Shown here: positions 10,401 through 20,649 of the stretch, in pieces | Layout: every line of letters starts with the position of its first letter | How positions within the stretch are numbered: position 1 is the stretch's first letter | Source: a virus | Taxonomy: Duplodnaviria; Heunggongvirae; Uroviricota; Caudoviricetes | IMG/VR virus record: IMGVR_UViG_3300031133_000383 | Coordinates: 314,635-378,634 of that record | DNA: 64,000 nt | Strand: one strand, 5' to 3' | Program-made: the position numbers and the translations under genes | The notes under the pieces: model-generated | What the model was told of the DNA's origin: nothing | Databases searched by the model: none | Seen by the model: only the letters and a program-made list of their open reading frames with translations

Positions 10401-10736
10401 ATGTTCGCTATTCCAGTGCTTTTAATTTTTATTATTTTTATTATTTGTATCATTGCTGTTGTTCAATATGGTGATGAGAAATCGCATCCTAGAGGCGTTA
10501 CTATTTCAAAAATCAATTCAATTGGAAACTCCATTGATTTCACAGTTAATGGTGTCACGAATCAGTACAACATGCAACTTCCTAAATCCATTCCCTTTAC
10601 AACTCAAGACAAAATAAGTATTTCTTATCAATTAAATAATAAAAAGATTACGGAAATAGAAGAAGTTTTCATCAATGATAAATTGGTATGGGATATTGGT
10701 GAACAAGGAAATGTAGCATTGGAAATAAAATTGTAA
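10401..10736 (+). CDS. Membrane-anchored hypothetical protein
   Basis: SD ggag; N-terminal TM. Confidence 0.75.
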   Translation: MFAIPVLLIFIIFIICIIAVVQYGDEKSHPRGVTISKINSIGNSIDFTVNGVTNQYNMQLPKSIPFTTQDKISISYQLNNKKITEIEEVFINDKLVWDIGEQGNVALEIKL

Positions 10737-10741
10737 GCGAC

Positions 10742-10957
10742 CTAGGTCGCTATTTTTTCGGCTAAGTAACGTGGCATATTAATAATACAGCATAGATATA
10801 ATGACATATTTGCAACAACACTCCACATATTTATAGTATCTTCTATATACATATTATGCATTCCTTTTATAAAGACAGGAGTTGCCAGTAGAAAACAGAC
10901 AGCAAAGCAAACACTGTATGTTTTGTTCTGTAATGCGTTTTTCATATTTTTTGTCAT
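10742..10957 (-). CDS. Small 2-TM protein, paralog of 10965-11216
   Basis: FLLATPVF...YLCCIINMPRYLA. Confidence 0.75.
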   Translation of the reverse strand: MTKNMKNALQNKTYSVCFAVCFLLATPVFIKGMHNMYIEDTINMWSVVANMSLYLCCIINMPRYLAEKIAT

Positions 10958-10964
10958 TTTATAT

Positions 10965-11216
10965 TTACCTTATGTCGTTGTCATTTTCTCTATTTTTACT
11001 GGCTATTATTTGTGGTAGCGAAAGAATACAAAATAAATAAGATATCAAATAGTAGGTACAAGTGGTAAAGTTAAATCTGTTATCAACCATTGCGTGATAT
11101 GTTTCTCGCATGAAAAATGGTGTTGCTATTGCAAACATAATGATAAATGCATACCTGAAGCTTTTATCTTCCATCTCTTTTTTTAAACTAATAATTAAAG
11201 CTTTTATAAAATTCAT
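10965..11216 (-). CDS. Small 2-TM protein, paralog of 10742-10957
   Basis: FAIATPFF...YLFCILSLPQIIA. Confidence 0.75.
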   Translation of the reverse strand: MNFIKALIISLKKEMEDKSFRYAFIIMFAIATPFFMRETYHAMVDNRFNFTTCTYYLISYLFCILSLPQIIASKNRENDNDIR

Positions 11217-11331
11217 TTATTTACCTTATTTTTCTTTAATCATACGTTTTTTTATCTATTTGTCAATTTACACAACATGTTTTTAGTGTTATACTGTTGT
11301 TCATACAAATACTATTAAGGAGTTTTTCCAA

Positions 11332-11661
11332 ATGAGTTTGACACAAGCCTTTCTATTTGCATTTATTGCCTATTTAACTTACAAATTGCTTGCAAATTTT
11401 AATAGTGTAGATATGAAAAAAATTAAGAAAGATATATTATCTACAGTAATAAATGCCAATATCCAAAAATCTAAAACATACAAAAGCGATTTTGAAAATC
11501 ATTTAGTGGCATTACGTTCAGGAAACCCAGTAATGGTTGAAGAAGCTATTCAAAAATATGAAGCGACTCTTCAGCAAGATCTAAAAGAATTGGAAGATTT
11601 TAGGCAAAAAATTGAAGACCCTAATTTCGATTTAGACTCTCTTAATTCAAAAACAAACTAA
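11332..11661 (+). CDS. Membrane-anchored coiled-coil protein
   Basis: SD aaggag; N-terminal TM followed by a helical region. Confidence 0.75.
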   Translation: MSLTQAFLFAFIAYLTYKLLANFNSVDMKKIKKDILSTVINANIQKSKTYKSDFENHLVALRSGNPVMVEEAIQKYEATLQQDLKELEDFRQKIEDPNFDLDSLNSKTN

Positions 11662-11721
11662 CCTAGTTAGTTTTTTTTTATTTTATTTGTGATATAATGA
11701 AAATATAACTTATTATCACTT

Positions 11722-13509
11722 ATGAATTTAAATCATTTTACAATTTATACGCAAAAAAAAGCACAGTATAGTGTTGAATCTATCCATTCAGAAGAATTTT
11801 CTTTTGGCAGTTTTTCTGAATTTTTCTCTTCGAACTTTGGTCATTCAAATGCATTGTATAGATCTTTATCCAACGAAGTACTCAATTTACGTTATCAAAA
11901 AATAGATAGTTTTTCAAAGTTTTTAAATAATGAAATTGATTATAGCCTATTACAAAGTCATGCTTTGAGAATAGATAATTTTCAAATTTTTCTACCATTC
12001 AATGTCAAAAAGTTTCAAACAGGAACTGCAGTTCTATTTGAACAGTGGATCAAACAAGCCAAAAAACATGGTGTTGACATAACAGAGGAAAAAGAAAAAT
12101 TCATTCAACTTCAATCACAGGCAATTGAATTAATAAAAAATACAATTAAAGATAAAAGAGTATTTGAAAAAGCTTTCTTTATATTAGGAAATAGTTTTCC
12201 AACACAAGAAGTTCAAAACAATTTAAAGCATTATATAGCAGAAAATAATTCTCTACTATCAACGGACTATTATAAAAAATTTATAGCTGTTGACTGTAAG
12301 CGTATTTTAGATATTGGGGATAAATTATCTTCATTGACCACAGATATTTTAGCAAAAATACGAATATCTTCTCCACATGCCTTTGAAAACATTGCAGAAC
12401 ACTACTCTAATGCTTTAAAAAATGCAAATGGAGATATAAAGAATTTCTTTGTTTCTAAATTTGAAAGCAATATTTTAGGTAATATAGAACTCTCAAAAGG
12501 GCAATCTATTCAGAAAGCTTTAGTCTTTGAAGATGATAGTATTCTATTAATTGATCGTTATGACAACCATATTATTCCAAAAAATAATAATGAATTAGTT
12601 GAAAAACTTGAACAGTTTTATCTTGATATTATTGATTACAAATCTAGAAAAAACCCTACCTTTGCTGTTCTTTTCAAAAACAAGTATAAAGAGGAAAATG
12701 ATATTGAGCGTACACTCATTACAGTTGATTCTTTATTGGAGAATTATAGTATTTTAAAACAAACCAATTTTAATACCGATATATTAAATAAAGGTCTTGA
12801 AGAGATTAACGACTACATCAGTGCGACTGTCAAAACTTTCAAAATCCATAAATATGCATCCAGTATTTTAAGTTCAAAATACAAACATCTATTATCTGAC
12901 GAATCACTACCTTTCTTTGAAAAGTTTTATGAAGAGCAATTAGACACCAGCTATCTTCAGAATTATATTGGTAAAAAACTTGCATTACTTAAAAACCCAG
13001 AAGATTTTAAAGATTTTGTTGAACAAGTTCATAATAATTTATTTTCATTTAATCATGAGAATACATTAAGAAAAGTTAAATTGCTTGATAAGGAAGCTAT
13101 TTACGATAAAGACAATATAATGATTGTTGAAATAAATTCCTTTGATGAAAGTAAAGCGTTGGGCACCGACAACTGGTGTATTTCTCGTAATGACTATTAT
13201 TTCAAAAGTTATTGTGAAAACGAGAATCGTCAATACTTTGTATTTGATTTCAATAGAGAATCAAAAGATCGTTATTCCATGATAGGTATTACATTAACGC
13301 CTTCTGGTACTATACATGCGGCTCATGATAAAACAGACGACAGTGTAAAAAACAATCAGGCAACTATAAAAACAGCTTTGACAATTTTAGCAGCACAATA
13401 TGATCATTACGAAGATAGTTTAAGCGAAGTAACCAAAGAACGAGTATTGGAACATATTAAAGAAGATTCACCAGTAAAAACACATCCTGTTTTTAAACAA
13501 GCTATTTAA
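11722..13509 (+). CDS. Large hypothetical protein with a PcfJ-like C-terminal domain
   Basis: ESKALGTDNWCISR...FKSY...QYFVFDFN...SMIGIT resembles the WC-containing PcfJ-like domain (from memory). Confidence 0.6.
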   Translation: MNLNHFTIYTQKKAQYSVESIHSEEFSFGSFSEFFSSNFGHSNALYRSLSNEVLNLRYQKIDSFSKFLNNEIDYSLLQSHALRIDNFQIFLPFNVKKFQTGTAVLFEQWIKQAKKHGVDITEEKEKFIQLQSQAIELIKNTIKDKRVFEKAFFILGNSFPTQEVQNNLKHYIAENNSLLSTDYYKKFIAVDCKRILDIGDKLSSLTTDILAKIRISSPHAFENIAEHYSNALKNANGDIKNFFVSKFESNILGNIELSKGQSIQKALVFEDDSILLIDRYDNHIIPKNNNELVEKLEQFYLDIIDYKSRKNPTFAVLFKNKYKEENDIERTLITVDSLLENYSILKQTNFNTDILNKGLEEINDYISATVKTFKIHKYASSILSSKYKHLLSDESLPFFEKFYEEQLDTSYLQNYIGKKLALLKNPEDFKDFVEQVHNNLFSFNHENTLRKVKLLDKEAIYDKDNIMIVEINSFDESKALGTDNWCISRNDYYFKSYCENENRQYFVFDFNRESKDRYSMIGITLTPSGTIHAAHDKTDDSVKNNQATIKTALTILAAQYDHYEDSLSEVTKERVLEHIKEDSPVKTHPVFKQAI

Positions 13510-13525
13510 TTATAATGGATTAAAA

Positions 13526-15313
13526 ATGAATATTAATGATTTTATAAAAATTGTACAAGAAAACTATAACTCTAATTTAAATGTTACGTCTGATGACTTT
13601 GTTGCTTTTTGTGTTCATAGGTTAATTCAAGAAACAGACTTGTCGTTCAACTTTTCCAGTACATATCTATGTACTATGGCGACTGATAACTTGATAGGCT
13701 TAATAGGCTTTAATGATCAAAATTCAAAAGATTCATCTGTCTTTCTGTCTGAATATACTCGGGGTACTAATTACGAATCATTCAATATGCACGATAACTA
13801 TCTAAAGAAAAACTATCCACTTATATTAAATTCTCAACAAGTTGGTTTGGTGGAACGTTTTAATGATGTTGTGCAAAATATGGAAAGTTTCAATGATATT
13901 AATAAAGCTTTCACTTTTGATGATATAACACAGTTGAAGCATATCATGCCATTGAAAAAATCTACATTATTGCCATTCTATATAACATCCAACACAGAAA
14001 ATAAATTCGAATCAAGTCACTATAATGCTATTAAGAAAACAAACAGTATATATATCAATAATTCGTTAGAAAATTTACACGATATTTCTCCGAGTTTTAA
14101 TTTTTATTCAAATGATGTAATAAGTAAAATATTATATAAAAATAAAAATGATAAAATACTATTTAACTTTGATGATTTTGATTGTCTTACACATGCAGCA
14201 CAAAGAAAATTACTTCAAACAGCAGGATTGCAGCATGCTCTTATTGACGATGTAGCCTTTGATACTCTGGTTCAAAACGATGAATTTACTGAAAATAATT
14301 TTATGGGTAGACTGGCGGTTTCAAATTCTCTATCAGAAATGATAATTGGTTATTTTGACAGCATGGAATTAGAAGATATAAAATTTGAAATAGAAATGGC
14401 TACGGATCTTGTTAAGTCGCATCCAACATTAGAGAAAATTTTATCAAATAATGTCGCCTTGAAAGAGGCTATTGATAATTGTATATCCATTGCCTTTGAT
14501 AAATATCCTACTTTGAATTATAAAGTTCAGAATATTTCAATTATTAAAGATATCGAACTTATTCATAAAGGTGAAAACTCATTGTTGCCAATAATAGATA
14601 CTTTCAATTTCACACACAATCTCGGTAATTTAGCTGAAATCAATAATAATGGAGACTTATCTATATTTCTATCGCAATTTAGACTATATGGTATGGATTC
14701 CATTACGAATCTAGATCTTCAACCGATAAAAAGTTATGATACAGAATCAGAAGAAAGTATACGATTTATAACTGCTAACCAATTCAATGCTAATGGAATA
14801 CTTTCCGCTAAAATTTTTAGAGCCGATGATACTCATCATCATTTAAAAATTAAGTCAGTTATCATTGATCCTTGCTTACCCAAAAAAGCAATTAACGAAT
14901 TAATTGAAAGTACATTTGAATATGCAAAAAAACATAGTTTAATTTTAGATTTTGATTTACCAGAAACTTTTAAATATGGTAACTTAGCCAAAGATGATTT
15001 TATTGATATGCTTCAAGTATTTAGACATTCCTATAAAGACTCAGTAGTGTGTATTGCTGATTTTGGTGGGATTGATTTCATTAGTAATAATAAGTCTACT
15101 ATTCAAATAGAATCTTTAGTTAATAGCTATATGTTTATGGCAAAAAAAGCCGATTTTTCCTATGCCGAGCTTATCAAAGCTAAACCGCTTCTTGAAAATA
15201 TTCATCTTGAAAATATCAAGAGTCAAAGTAGTCATATAGAGCGAAAAATGGATAAACTAATGGAATCATTAAAAGGCGATAAAAATTTATTAAAACATCA
15301 AAAGCCTGTATGA
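13526..15313 (+). CDS. Large hypothetical protein
   Basis: 595-aa ORF; ends KNLLKHQKPV. Confidence 0.8.
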   Translation: MNINDFIKIVQENYNSNLNVTSDDFVAFCVHRLIQETDLSFNFSSTYLCTMATDNLIGLIGFNDQNSKDSSVFLSEYTRGTNYESFNMHDNYLKKNYPLILNSQQVGLVERFNDVVQNMESFNDINKAFTFDDITQLKHIMPLKKSTLLPFYITSNTENKFESSHYNAIKKTNSIYINNSLENLHDISPSFNFYSNDVISKILYKNKNDKILFNFDDFDCLTHAAQRKLLQTAGLQHALIDDVAFDTLVQNDEFTENNFMGRLAVSNSLSEMIIGYFDSMELEDIKFEIEMATDLVKSHPTLEKILSNNVALKEAIDNCISIAFDKYPTLNYKVQNISIIKDIELIHKGENSLLPIIDTFNFTHNLGNLAEINNNGDLSIFLSQFRLYGMDSITNLDLQPIKSYDTESEESIRFITANQFNANGILSAKIFRADDTHHHLKIKSVIIDPCLPKKAINELIESTFEYAKKHSLILDFDLPETFKYGNLAKDDFIDMLQVFRHSYKDSVVCIADFGGIDFISNNKSTIQIESLVNSYMFMAKKADFSYAELIKAKPLLENIHLENIKSQSSHIERKMDKLMESLKGDKNLLKHQKPV

Positions 15314-15426
15314 AAGCTGGCTGGTAATTCGTGATTTTGTCACTTTCAGAAAATTTCTAGACAACCAATGGACACTGCTTAATTCTTGAGGTATAATAAC
15401 ACTATTAAAAATCTCGGAGGTTCAGC

Positions 15427-15630
15427 ATGTCCAAGTCTAAAATTGATGTATCTGCTGTCGCTGCTAAATACGAATCCAAAAGCGAAGAAATCTCTAAAAT
15501 CAATATCTTGCTTTCAAGAGAAAAAAAATCGAGTGCCATCGAAGCTTTTAATATTGCACTTAAAACAGCCAAATCAGAGCTTAAATCGCTAAAAAAAATG
15601 CTTGAAGAATCCGACTTCATTCCTGTATAA
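15427..15630 (+). CDS. Small coiled-coil protein
   Basis: Strong SD ggagg, promoter upstream. Confidence 0.7.
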   Translation: MSKSKIDVSAVAAKYESKSEEISKINILLSREKKSSAIEAFNIALKTAKSELKSLKKMLEESDFIPV

Positions 15631-15642
15631 GGATACTATTCT

Positions 15643-16440
15643 GTGCTTATAAAATTTAAAGATTTTGATACAGAAGCAACTTCTTTAACTTTATCTGATA
15701 AAAATCTAGCGAGTTTGCAATCATTGTTATTGTCAAAAATCAATTTGTTGAATAGAAATCTTGATATAACATCTGATATGATTGAAGCTTCTGTGTTTGT
15801 AATGGCTGATAGAACCAAATTTTATGTACCTAAAAATCATAAAGATTTTTTGAGCATTAATGTTAGGGTTCAATTTTTTGAAATTGTGTTGAACATGAAC
15901 CTTTTTGTTTATTTTGATGAGAAGGGAAAATTTCATCATTACGCTACTTCCTGTAATTTATCCAGCAGTTACTTCCTTGAAAAATTGAAGTTGGATCAAC
16001 TGGGGGTTAAGCATACAAATATTGAATTTAATCTAGATATTCCCAATCGTGATGAATATGGGCACTATAAGCTGATTAAAGTAGGCAATTTTAAATTTCC
16101 CAATCTGGAAATGCCTATTATTTCAATTGAATATTCTTTTAATAATAATCATGAAATCGACTGTAAATGCCTTAATTTGCAATCATCGAGCAGCGGTTCT
16201 AGTATGCCTGTTCATATTTTTGAAAAAATAGATACCGAAATCATGTTTATAAAATTTCTTGAATACGTCATAAAAGAAAGAGATGCATGTGATAAACAAT
16301 TTTTAGATGTTACCAAACTTGATTTCCAAAAATCAGAATGGATAAAAATAATTCATGAAAGTTTTTATAAAAATCTTATTGGTTATCATAGGCAAGAATT
16401 TTTGAACTATTTAACTGTTATTGAAATGTCTGGTTATTGA
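15643..16440 (+). CDS. Hypothetical protein, C-terminal EM-motif family
   Basis: SD aagga then GTG; ends FLNYLTVIEMSGY. Confidence 0.8.
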   Translation: MLIKFKDFDTEATSLTLSDKNLASLQSLLLSKINLLNRNLDITSDMIEASVFVMADRTKFYVPKNHKDFLSINVRVQFFEIVLNMNLFVYFDEKGKFHHYATSCNLSSSYFLEKLKLDQLGVKHTNIEFNLDIPNRDEYGHYKLIKVGNFKFPNLEMPIISIEYSFNNNHEIDCKCLNLQSSSSGSSMPVHIFEKIDTEIMFIKFLEYVIKERDACDKQFLDVTKLDFQKSEWIKIIHESFYKNLIGYHRQEFLNYLTVIEMSGY

Positions 16441-16452
16441 GGAATCATCGTA

Positions 16453-16860
16453 ATGTATTTAATGTGTAAAAAATGTGAAACGCCTTTGACAGCAGACCTT
16501 TATCCGAACAGAAAATGGCAAAAGACTTTAAAATATCCAGAAGCCAGCATTGATCAAAATGAAAAGATTGAATATGATTACTCTATTAAAAAAGGTACGT
16601 ATGTTTTGTTGAAACATGCGTTCAAAAATCTCGACTACTATAGTGATTTAGAAAAAACTTTCATTCTTGTAAGTCAACATGATATACTCGACCAATCACA
16701 GTTAGTATTTGAATCAGGTAACGGGTGCTGTGGTAATTCATGGGTCGAGTTTATTTGTCCGTGCTGTAAAACACAAGTAGCTGATCAGTTTCTTGATTGT
16801 TATGAAGATAAACATATTCGTTTTAATTCGACTACAATTATTAGACAATATAAAAAATAA
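16453..16860 (+). CDS. Putative zinc-binding protein
   Basis: CKKC...GCCG...CPCC; SD gagga. Confidence 0.75.
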   Translation: MYLMCKKCETPLTADLYPNRKWQKTLKYPEASIDQNEKIEYDYSIKKGTYVLLKHAFKNLDYYSDLEKTFILVSQHDILDQSQLVFESGNGCCGNSWVEFICPCCKTQVADQFLDCYEDKHIRFNSTTIIRQYKK

Positions 16861-16940
16861 AGACAGAAAAAAAGCTTGCAACAAAAATAAAAACTTGATA
16901 GACTACACACACTTAAACAGATAAACAAAAGGAAATAAAC

Positions 16941-17009
16941 ATGCAAGGTGATGTCGGTGGAAACAATAAGAAAAACACAACAAGTTCACCAGCTATGAGC
17001 CAAATCTAA
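16941..17009 (+). CDS. 22-aa micro-ORF MQGDVGGNNKKNTTSSPAMSQI
   Basis: SD aagga; first ORF after a promoter at about 16876-16904. Confidence 0.4.
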   Translation: MQGDVGGNNKKNTTSSPAMSQI

Positions 17010-17057
17010 CACCAAAATCTTATCAATAATCCATCAAACATTAGGAGACAGTAAGCT

Positions 17058-17087
17058 ATGCAATCTGACGAATACGAAGGTATTTAA
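17058..17087 (+). CDS. 9-aa micro-ORF MQSDEYEGI
   Basis: SD aggaga before ATG. Confidence 0.3.
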   Translation: MQSDEYEGI

Positions 17088-17166
17088 ATTTATCTAGCTA
17101 CACTGAGATGCATTAAATTAACTTGTTACAAAAATTACCATATTATCTATATTAGGAGAAATTACT

Positions 17167-17292
17167 ATGGCACAATCTGAAAAAGTACAACGTGAAATCG
17201 AACTGGCTTACCGTAAGCGTGAATCTGAGGTTGAAGCTCAGAAAGAACGTGATTGGTCACGTCATGAGAAAGCACGCAAAACGGCTCGTTAA
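17167..17292 (+). CDS. 41-aa micro-protein, QREIE-AY...W..HEK family
   Basis: SD aggag; MAQSEKVQREIELAYRKRESEVEAQKERDWSRHEKARKTAR; two paralogs in the window. Confidence 0.8.
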   Translation: MAQSEKVQREIELAYRKRESEVEAQKERDWSRHEKARKTAR

Positions 17293-17345
17293 ACGAGCCA
17301 ACCATCAAGAATTTTATTACTAACTACAATATTGGGAGACATTTT

Positions 17346-17462
17346 ATGTCCGATAACCAAAAGCAACGTGAAATTGATGAAGCTTATGAAAAGCGTGCGA
17401 AAGAGCGAGAGCGTCAGATTGACGAAGCATGGAAGCAACACGAAAAAAATAAAAACAAGTAG
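17346..17462 (+). CDS. 38-aa micro-protein, QREIE-AY...W..HEK family
   Basis: SD gggag; MSDNQKQREIDEAYEKRAKERERQIDEAWKQHEKNKNK. Confidence 0.8.
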   Translation: MSDNQKQREIDEAYEKRAKERERQIDEAWKQHEKNKNK

Positions 17463-17467
17463 TTTAT

Positions 17468-17498
17468 AAAGGGCAGTCAAACTGCCCTTTTTCTTTTT
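17468..17498 (+). terminator. Intrinsic terminator
   Basis: aaagggcag-tcaaa-ctgcccttt plus T tract. Confidence 0.8.
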
Positions 17499-17538
17499 AA
17501 TCAAAATGTTATTTCTGCTATTATTCGAGGAATGTATC

Positions 17539-17760
17539 ATGCAAAAGAAAACACTAAAACAACTGATTTGGAAGCTTAAATGGATTAAAGCATGGAAGGA
17601 AGGCTTTGATGTTGGTGTAAAGGGTTGTTCTTTTTCATTAACACCTTATCCGACGCTAAGTCATACTGATTATTCTATTGATAGTTCACGATCAAAACGA
17701 TCTAATTGGAGTAAAGGCTATTGGTCCGGGTTAAAAAAATTCAAAGTTAAAGCTGCTTAA
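17539..17760 (+). CDS. Small basic hypothetical protein
   Basis: SD gagga; AWKEGF...PY...WSKGY pattern is loosely Rmf-like (weak). Confidence 0.6.
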   Translation: MQKKTLKQLIWKLKWIKAWKEGFDVGVKGCSFSLTPYPTLSHTDYSIDSSRSKRSNWSKGYWSGLKKFKVKAA

Positions 17761-17761
17761 T

Positions 17762-18238
17762 ATGACAACTGAAAATCGTTATTTTTGTATACAGAGACAT
17801 GATGGTCAACATGTCTTTATCAGTTCAAAGCATATGGAAATTCATGCAGATGTTTTTGAGTGGCTACAAGAAGCTATTTTACTGATGGACATCCCGCTAG
17901 ATGATTATATCAAGCAATCTATCGAATTTAATCATATGATTGGATATACAGTTTGTGTGGATGTTGATGACACAGATACAATTGTTTATGCCACACGTAA
18001 AGGACGCAAATGGAGTAGTAAACTTGTTTTGAATAGAGAACCAGAAGCCTGCAATACATTAACTGTAGTGTTAAAGCGAAGAGGTCTAAATAAATTATAT
18101 TTGCTGACGGCTTATATTGGATGTGTGGCTGAACGAGAAGAAGCTGATTTCAATTTGAAAAATATAGATGAAAGAAAAAAGTCTTTTAATTTTTGGAAAA
18201 ATAAAGCATTGATTTATAGAAAATCAGATATAGAGTAA
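17762..18238 (+). CDS. Hypothetical protein (phage-type)
   Basis: YATRKGR...NREPEAC..LTVVL...LTAYIG...FWKNKAL. Confidence 0.75.
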   Translation: MTTENRYFCIQRHDGQHVFISSKHMEIHADVFEWLQEAILLMDIPLDDYIKQSIEFNHMIGYTVCVDVDDTDTIVYATRKGRKWSSKLVLNREPEACNTLTVVLKRRGLNKLYLLTAYIGCVAEREEADFNLKNIDERKKSFNFWKNKALIYRKSDIE

Positions 18239-18518
18239 CGAAAAATATTTTAGTGTTTTTTATTGTTACTGATGGTAACATCAGTTGAATCCACTTTTTT
18301 AATACATAAAACCCATTAAATCCCCTTTAAAAGCCCGGTATGTCTGGTTTATGTACTTTATTGACGCAAAGATGTAGTTGAATTAACTGTTTTTATTGGT
18401 ATAATATGGTTACAAATTGAAAATTGATTGTTTCCTTCAAAATGATACTCTTATACTTTATTGAACTATTGGCTCTCCATAGTTCTCCTAGATTAATAAC
18501 ATAACCAAAGGTGAAAAA

Positions 18519-18767
18519 ATGTACTTTCAAACAAACATAAGTAAACAACTTGTCAGAAGTGGTAGACTTGAAACTTATTATAATACTGCAAACTTATTTA
18601 AAAAATATGAATTAGGGTTTTGGGAAATTTATCAAGATATCAATACGATTACCAGAGAGCCTGTTAGTTCTCCTTATAGAGTATTCAGAACTATTTTTAG
18701 TACCAGCAATCCACAAAAAATGGCTTCTAAATTTGCTAAATTAAATAACAACAAGTCTTTTGCATAA
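18519..18767 (+). CDS. Hypothetical protein
   Basis: SD aaggtg; terminator at about 18824-18849. Confidence 0.7.
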   Translation: MYFQTNISKQLVRSGRLETYYNTANLFKKYELGFWEIYQDINTITREPVSSPYRVFRTIFSTSNPQKMASKFAKLNNNKSFA

Positions 18768-18927
18768 ATGTATAATAAAGTAATAAGCTATTTATTATTT
18801 GAATAAATTTCTAGACTGACAATAGACCTTCCATTCGGAAGGTTTTTTTGTTTCTACAATAGAAATTCTTTACAGGCGAATGACTTTTTGTTATACTTTT
18901 TATATAACATAACAATAAGGATTTTAC

Positions 18928-19257
18928 ATGACTACTGCACATGACATTCAAACCTTTCAAAACTTTATTTTAACGCTTTCATTATGCAATCTTCATTTCG
19001 AACGAGATGACCTAAGTATTGACACCGCATTATCAGAGGCTCTTTCTGTAGTTAATATTGCTAACAGTCTGCAAGATTTTAATCCTAATGATCGCCAGCT
19101 TGGCTGTATTGTTGGAAATTTGAAAAAAGTAGCTCATAATTATATTATCAATCCTTTAACTGATTTACAGAACACTCCTGTTAATGATACCTTGTTTCAA
19201 CTTCGTTATAACCTTCGTATTGCAATTGATTATCTTACTAATAATTATTCTGAATAA
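18928..19257 (+). CDS. Hypothetical protein
   Basis: SD aagga, promoter upstream. Confidence 0.7.
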   Translation: MTTAHDIQTFQNFILTLSLCNLHFERDDLSIDTALSEALSVVNIANSLQDFNPNDRQLGCIVGNLKKVAHNYIINPLTDLQNTPVNDTLFQLRYNLRIAIDYLTNNYSE

Positions 19258-19331
19258 TTAGAGATTTTTTATCATGCTCTTGCTTCCATTAGAAATGGTA
19301 TTAGTTGCGATTAATAATTTTGGAGATAATG

Positions 19332-20165
19332 ATGTTTAATGTTGATGAAATTTTATTAACTGAGACAGTTAGTGATGCTGGTTTCTGTCAGTTGGATATT
19401 AAATCACCTAATGGATTGCATTATATTATTATTGATAATGTTCCAGACAATCAACACACTTATTTAAAACTTACTTATCATCATAATGTTGTTTTTGAAT
19501 TTCCGATTGATAAATTCAGAGAAGATTCGGTATTTGATACCACATATTTTAAAAATACTCAACATCATTACTTATTCAGAATGGATATAGAGTCATTAAA
19601 ATTATTTTTAGAAGACACTCAAAATTTGATTTATATTCCTTATTCTGTCGGTTTTGAACACTATTTGTTTATTGGTGCCATTTTGTATCAATTGGATTTT
19701 GCTTCCAATCAATTAAACTATACGACAAGTTCTTCATCTAATAATCAAAGATGGATATACACTTACAGAGAAATAAAAGAGAGTTCCATTGCTAGAATTG
19801 TTGACACTCATTCTATTGATAGGTATACCGTTGATAACTTTCCCAGACGATCACATTTTTACCACTATATGATTGTGGGTGATCATTTTCAATTACTAGG
19901 TGTTTTTAATGGTCATTTCCAAGATTTATTTTCGATACGCTATTCACCAAAAACATTAGAATTGCATCTTCATAGCTTTAGCAATGGTTATTCTTACCTC
20001 ACCAATCAAACAGCAGACGACATGAACCGCATCATGAAAAATGAGTTTTATGACTGGCTGGATTTTGATGGTACTCAGTTTATTAAGGCAATGTTAAAAG
20101 ATCTTGATTTTAAAAATATGGCATTTAAAGATGCTTTGACCATAATGGAAATGGCCGTCATTTGA
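19332..20165 (+). CDS. Hypothetical protein, C-terminal EM-motif family
   Basis: SD ggag; ends MAFKDALTIMEMAVI. Confidence 0.8.
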   Translation: MFNVDEILLTETVSDAGFCQLDIKSPNGLHYIIIDNVPDNQHTYLKLTYHHNVVFEFPIDKFREDSVFDTTYFKNTQHHYLFRMDIESLKLFLEDTQNLIYIPYSVGFEHYLFIGAILYQLDFASNQLNYTTSSSSNNQRWIYTYREIKESSIARIVDTHSIDRYTVDNFPRRSHFYHYMIVGDHFQLLGVFNGHFQDLFSIRYSPKTLELHLHSFSNGYSYLTNQTADDMNRIMKNEFYDWLDFDGTQFIKAMLKDLDFKNMAFKDALTIMEMAVI

Positions 20166-20304
20166 GATCTTTCTTACTTTTTTAATGCGAGCCAATAAGC
20201 ATTGTTAATTCAGACCTTTAAATTCATGCCTGACAGTTTAGTATCTTTATATAAAAGGTAATAAAGAAATCTTACTTTTTGCTACTTTTTCTTTGAAATA
20301 AAGC

Positions 20305-20333
20305 TTGATAAACGATAGATACTATCGTATAAT
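20305..20333 (+). promoter_or_regulatory. Sigma70-like promoter with a palindrome in the spacer
   Basis: TTGATA-17nt-TATAAT; inverted repeat acgatag-ata-ctatcgt. Confidence 0.65.
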
Positions 20334-20501
20334 AGATTCTCGAAAGGGCGATGTATACACTACTGTTGGTAGTCTTGAGTTATTAATGGAACGTGTCTTG
20401 CGATGACAACTTAGGTTGTTCTTAATTTTTTGTTAGACATTGAGGCTAGTTGATTGACTCTCTCTTTGTGGCAGATGGTTAAGTAGATACAAAGCTCGTA
20501 T

Positions 20502-20578
20502 GGGACTTTAGCTCAGTTGGTTAGAGCGTCCGACTCATAATCGGCAGGTCGTAGGTTCAAGTCCTACAAGTCCCACCA
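20502..20578 (+). tRNA. tRNA(CAU), probably Ile2 (lysidine type); elongator Met not excluded
   Basis: Full cloverleaf, anticodon arm ccga-CT CAT AA-tcgg, encoded CCA; lacks initiator features. Confidence 0.93.
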
Positions 20579-20649
20579 GTTTTTTAATGTAAAGCAGTAC
20601 TTCAATATAGAAACAGCTATGGTGCTAACTAACTATTGAGGATATTAAC

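Noticed and set aside
17289-17540. 83-aa minus-strand ORF and similar short antisense ORFs nested in longer genes
   Set aside because: Antisense to better-supported genes, with no SD or motifs
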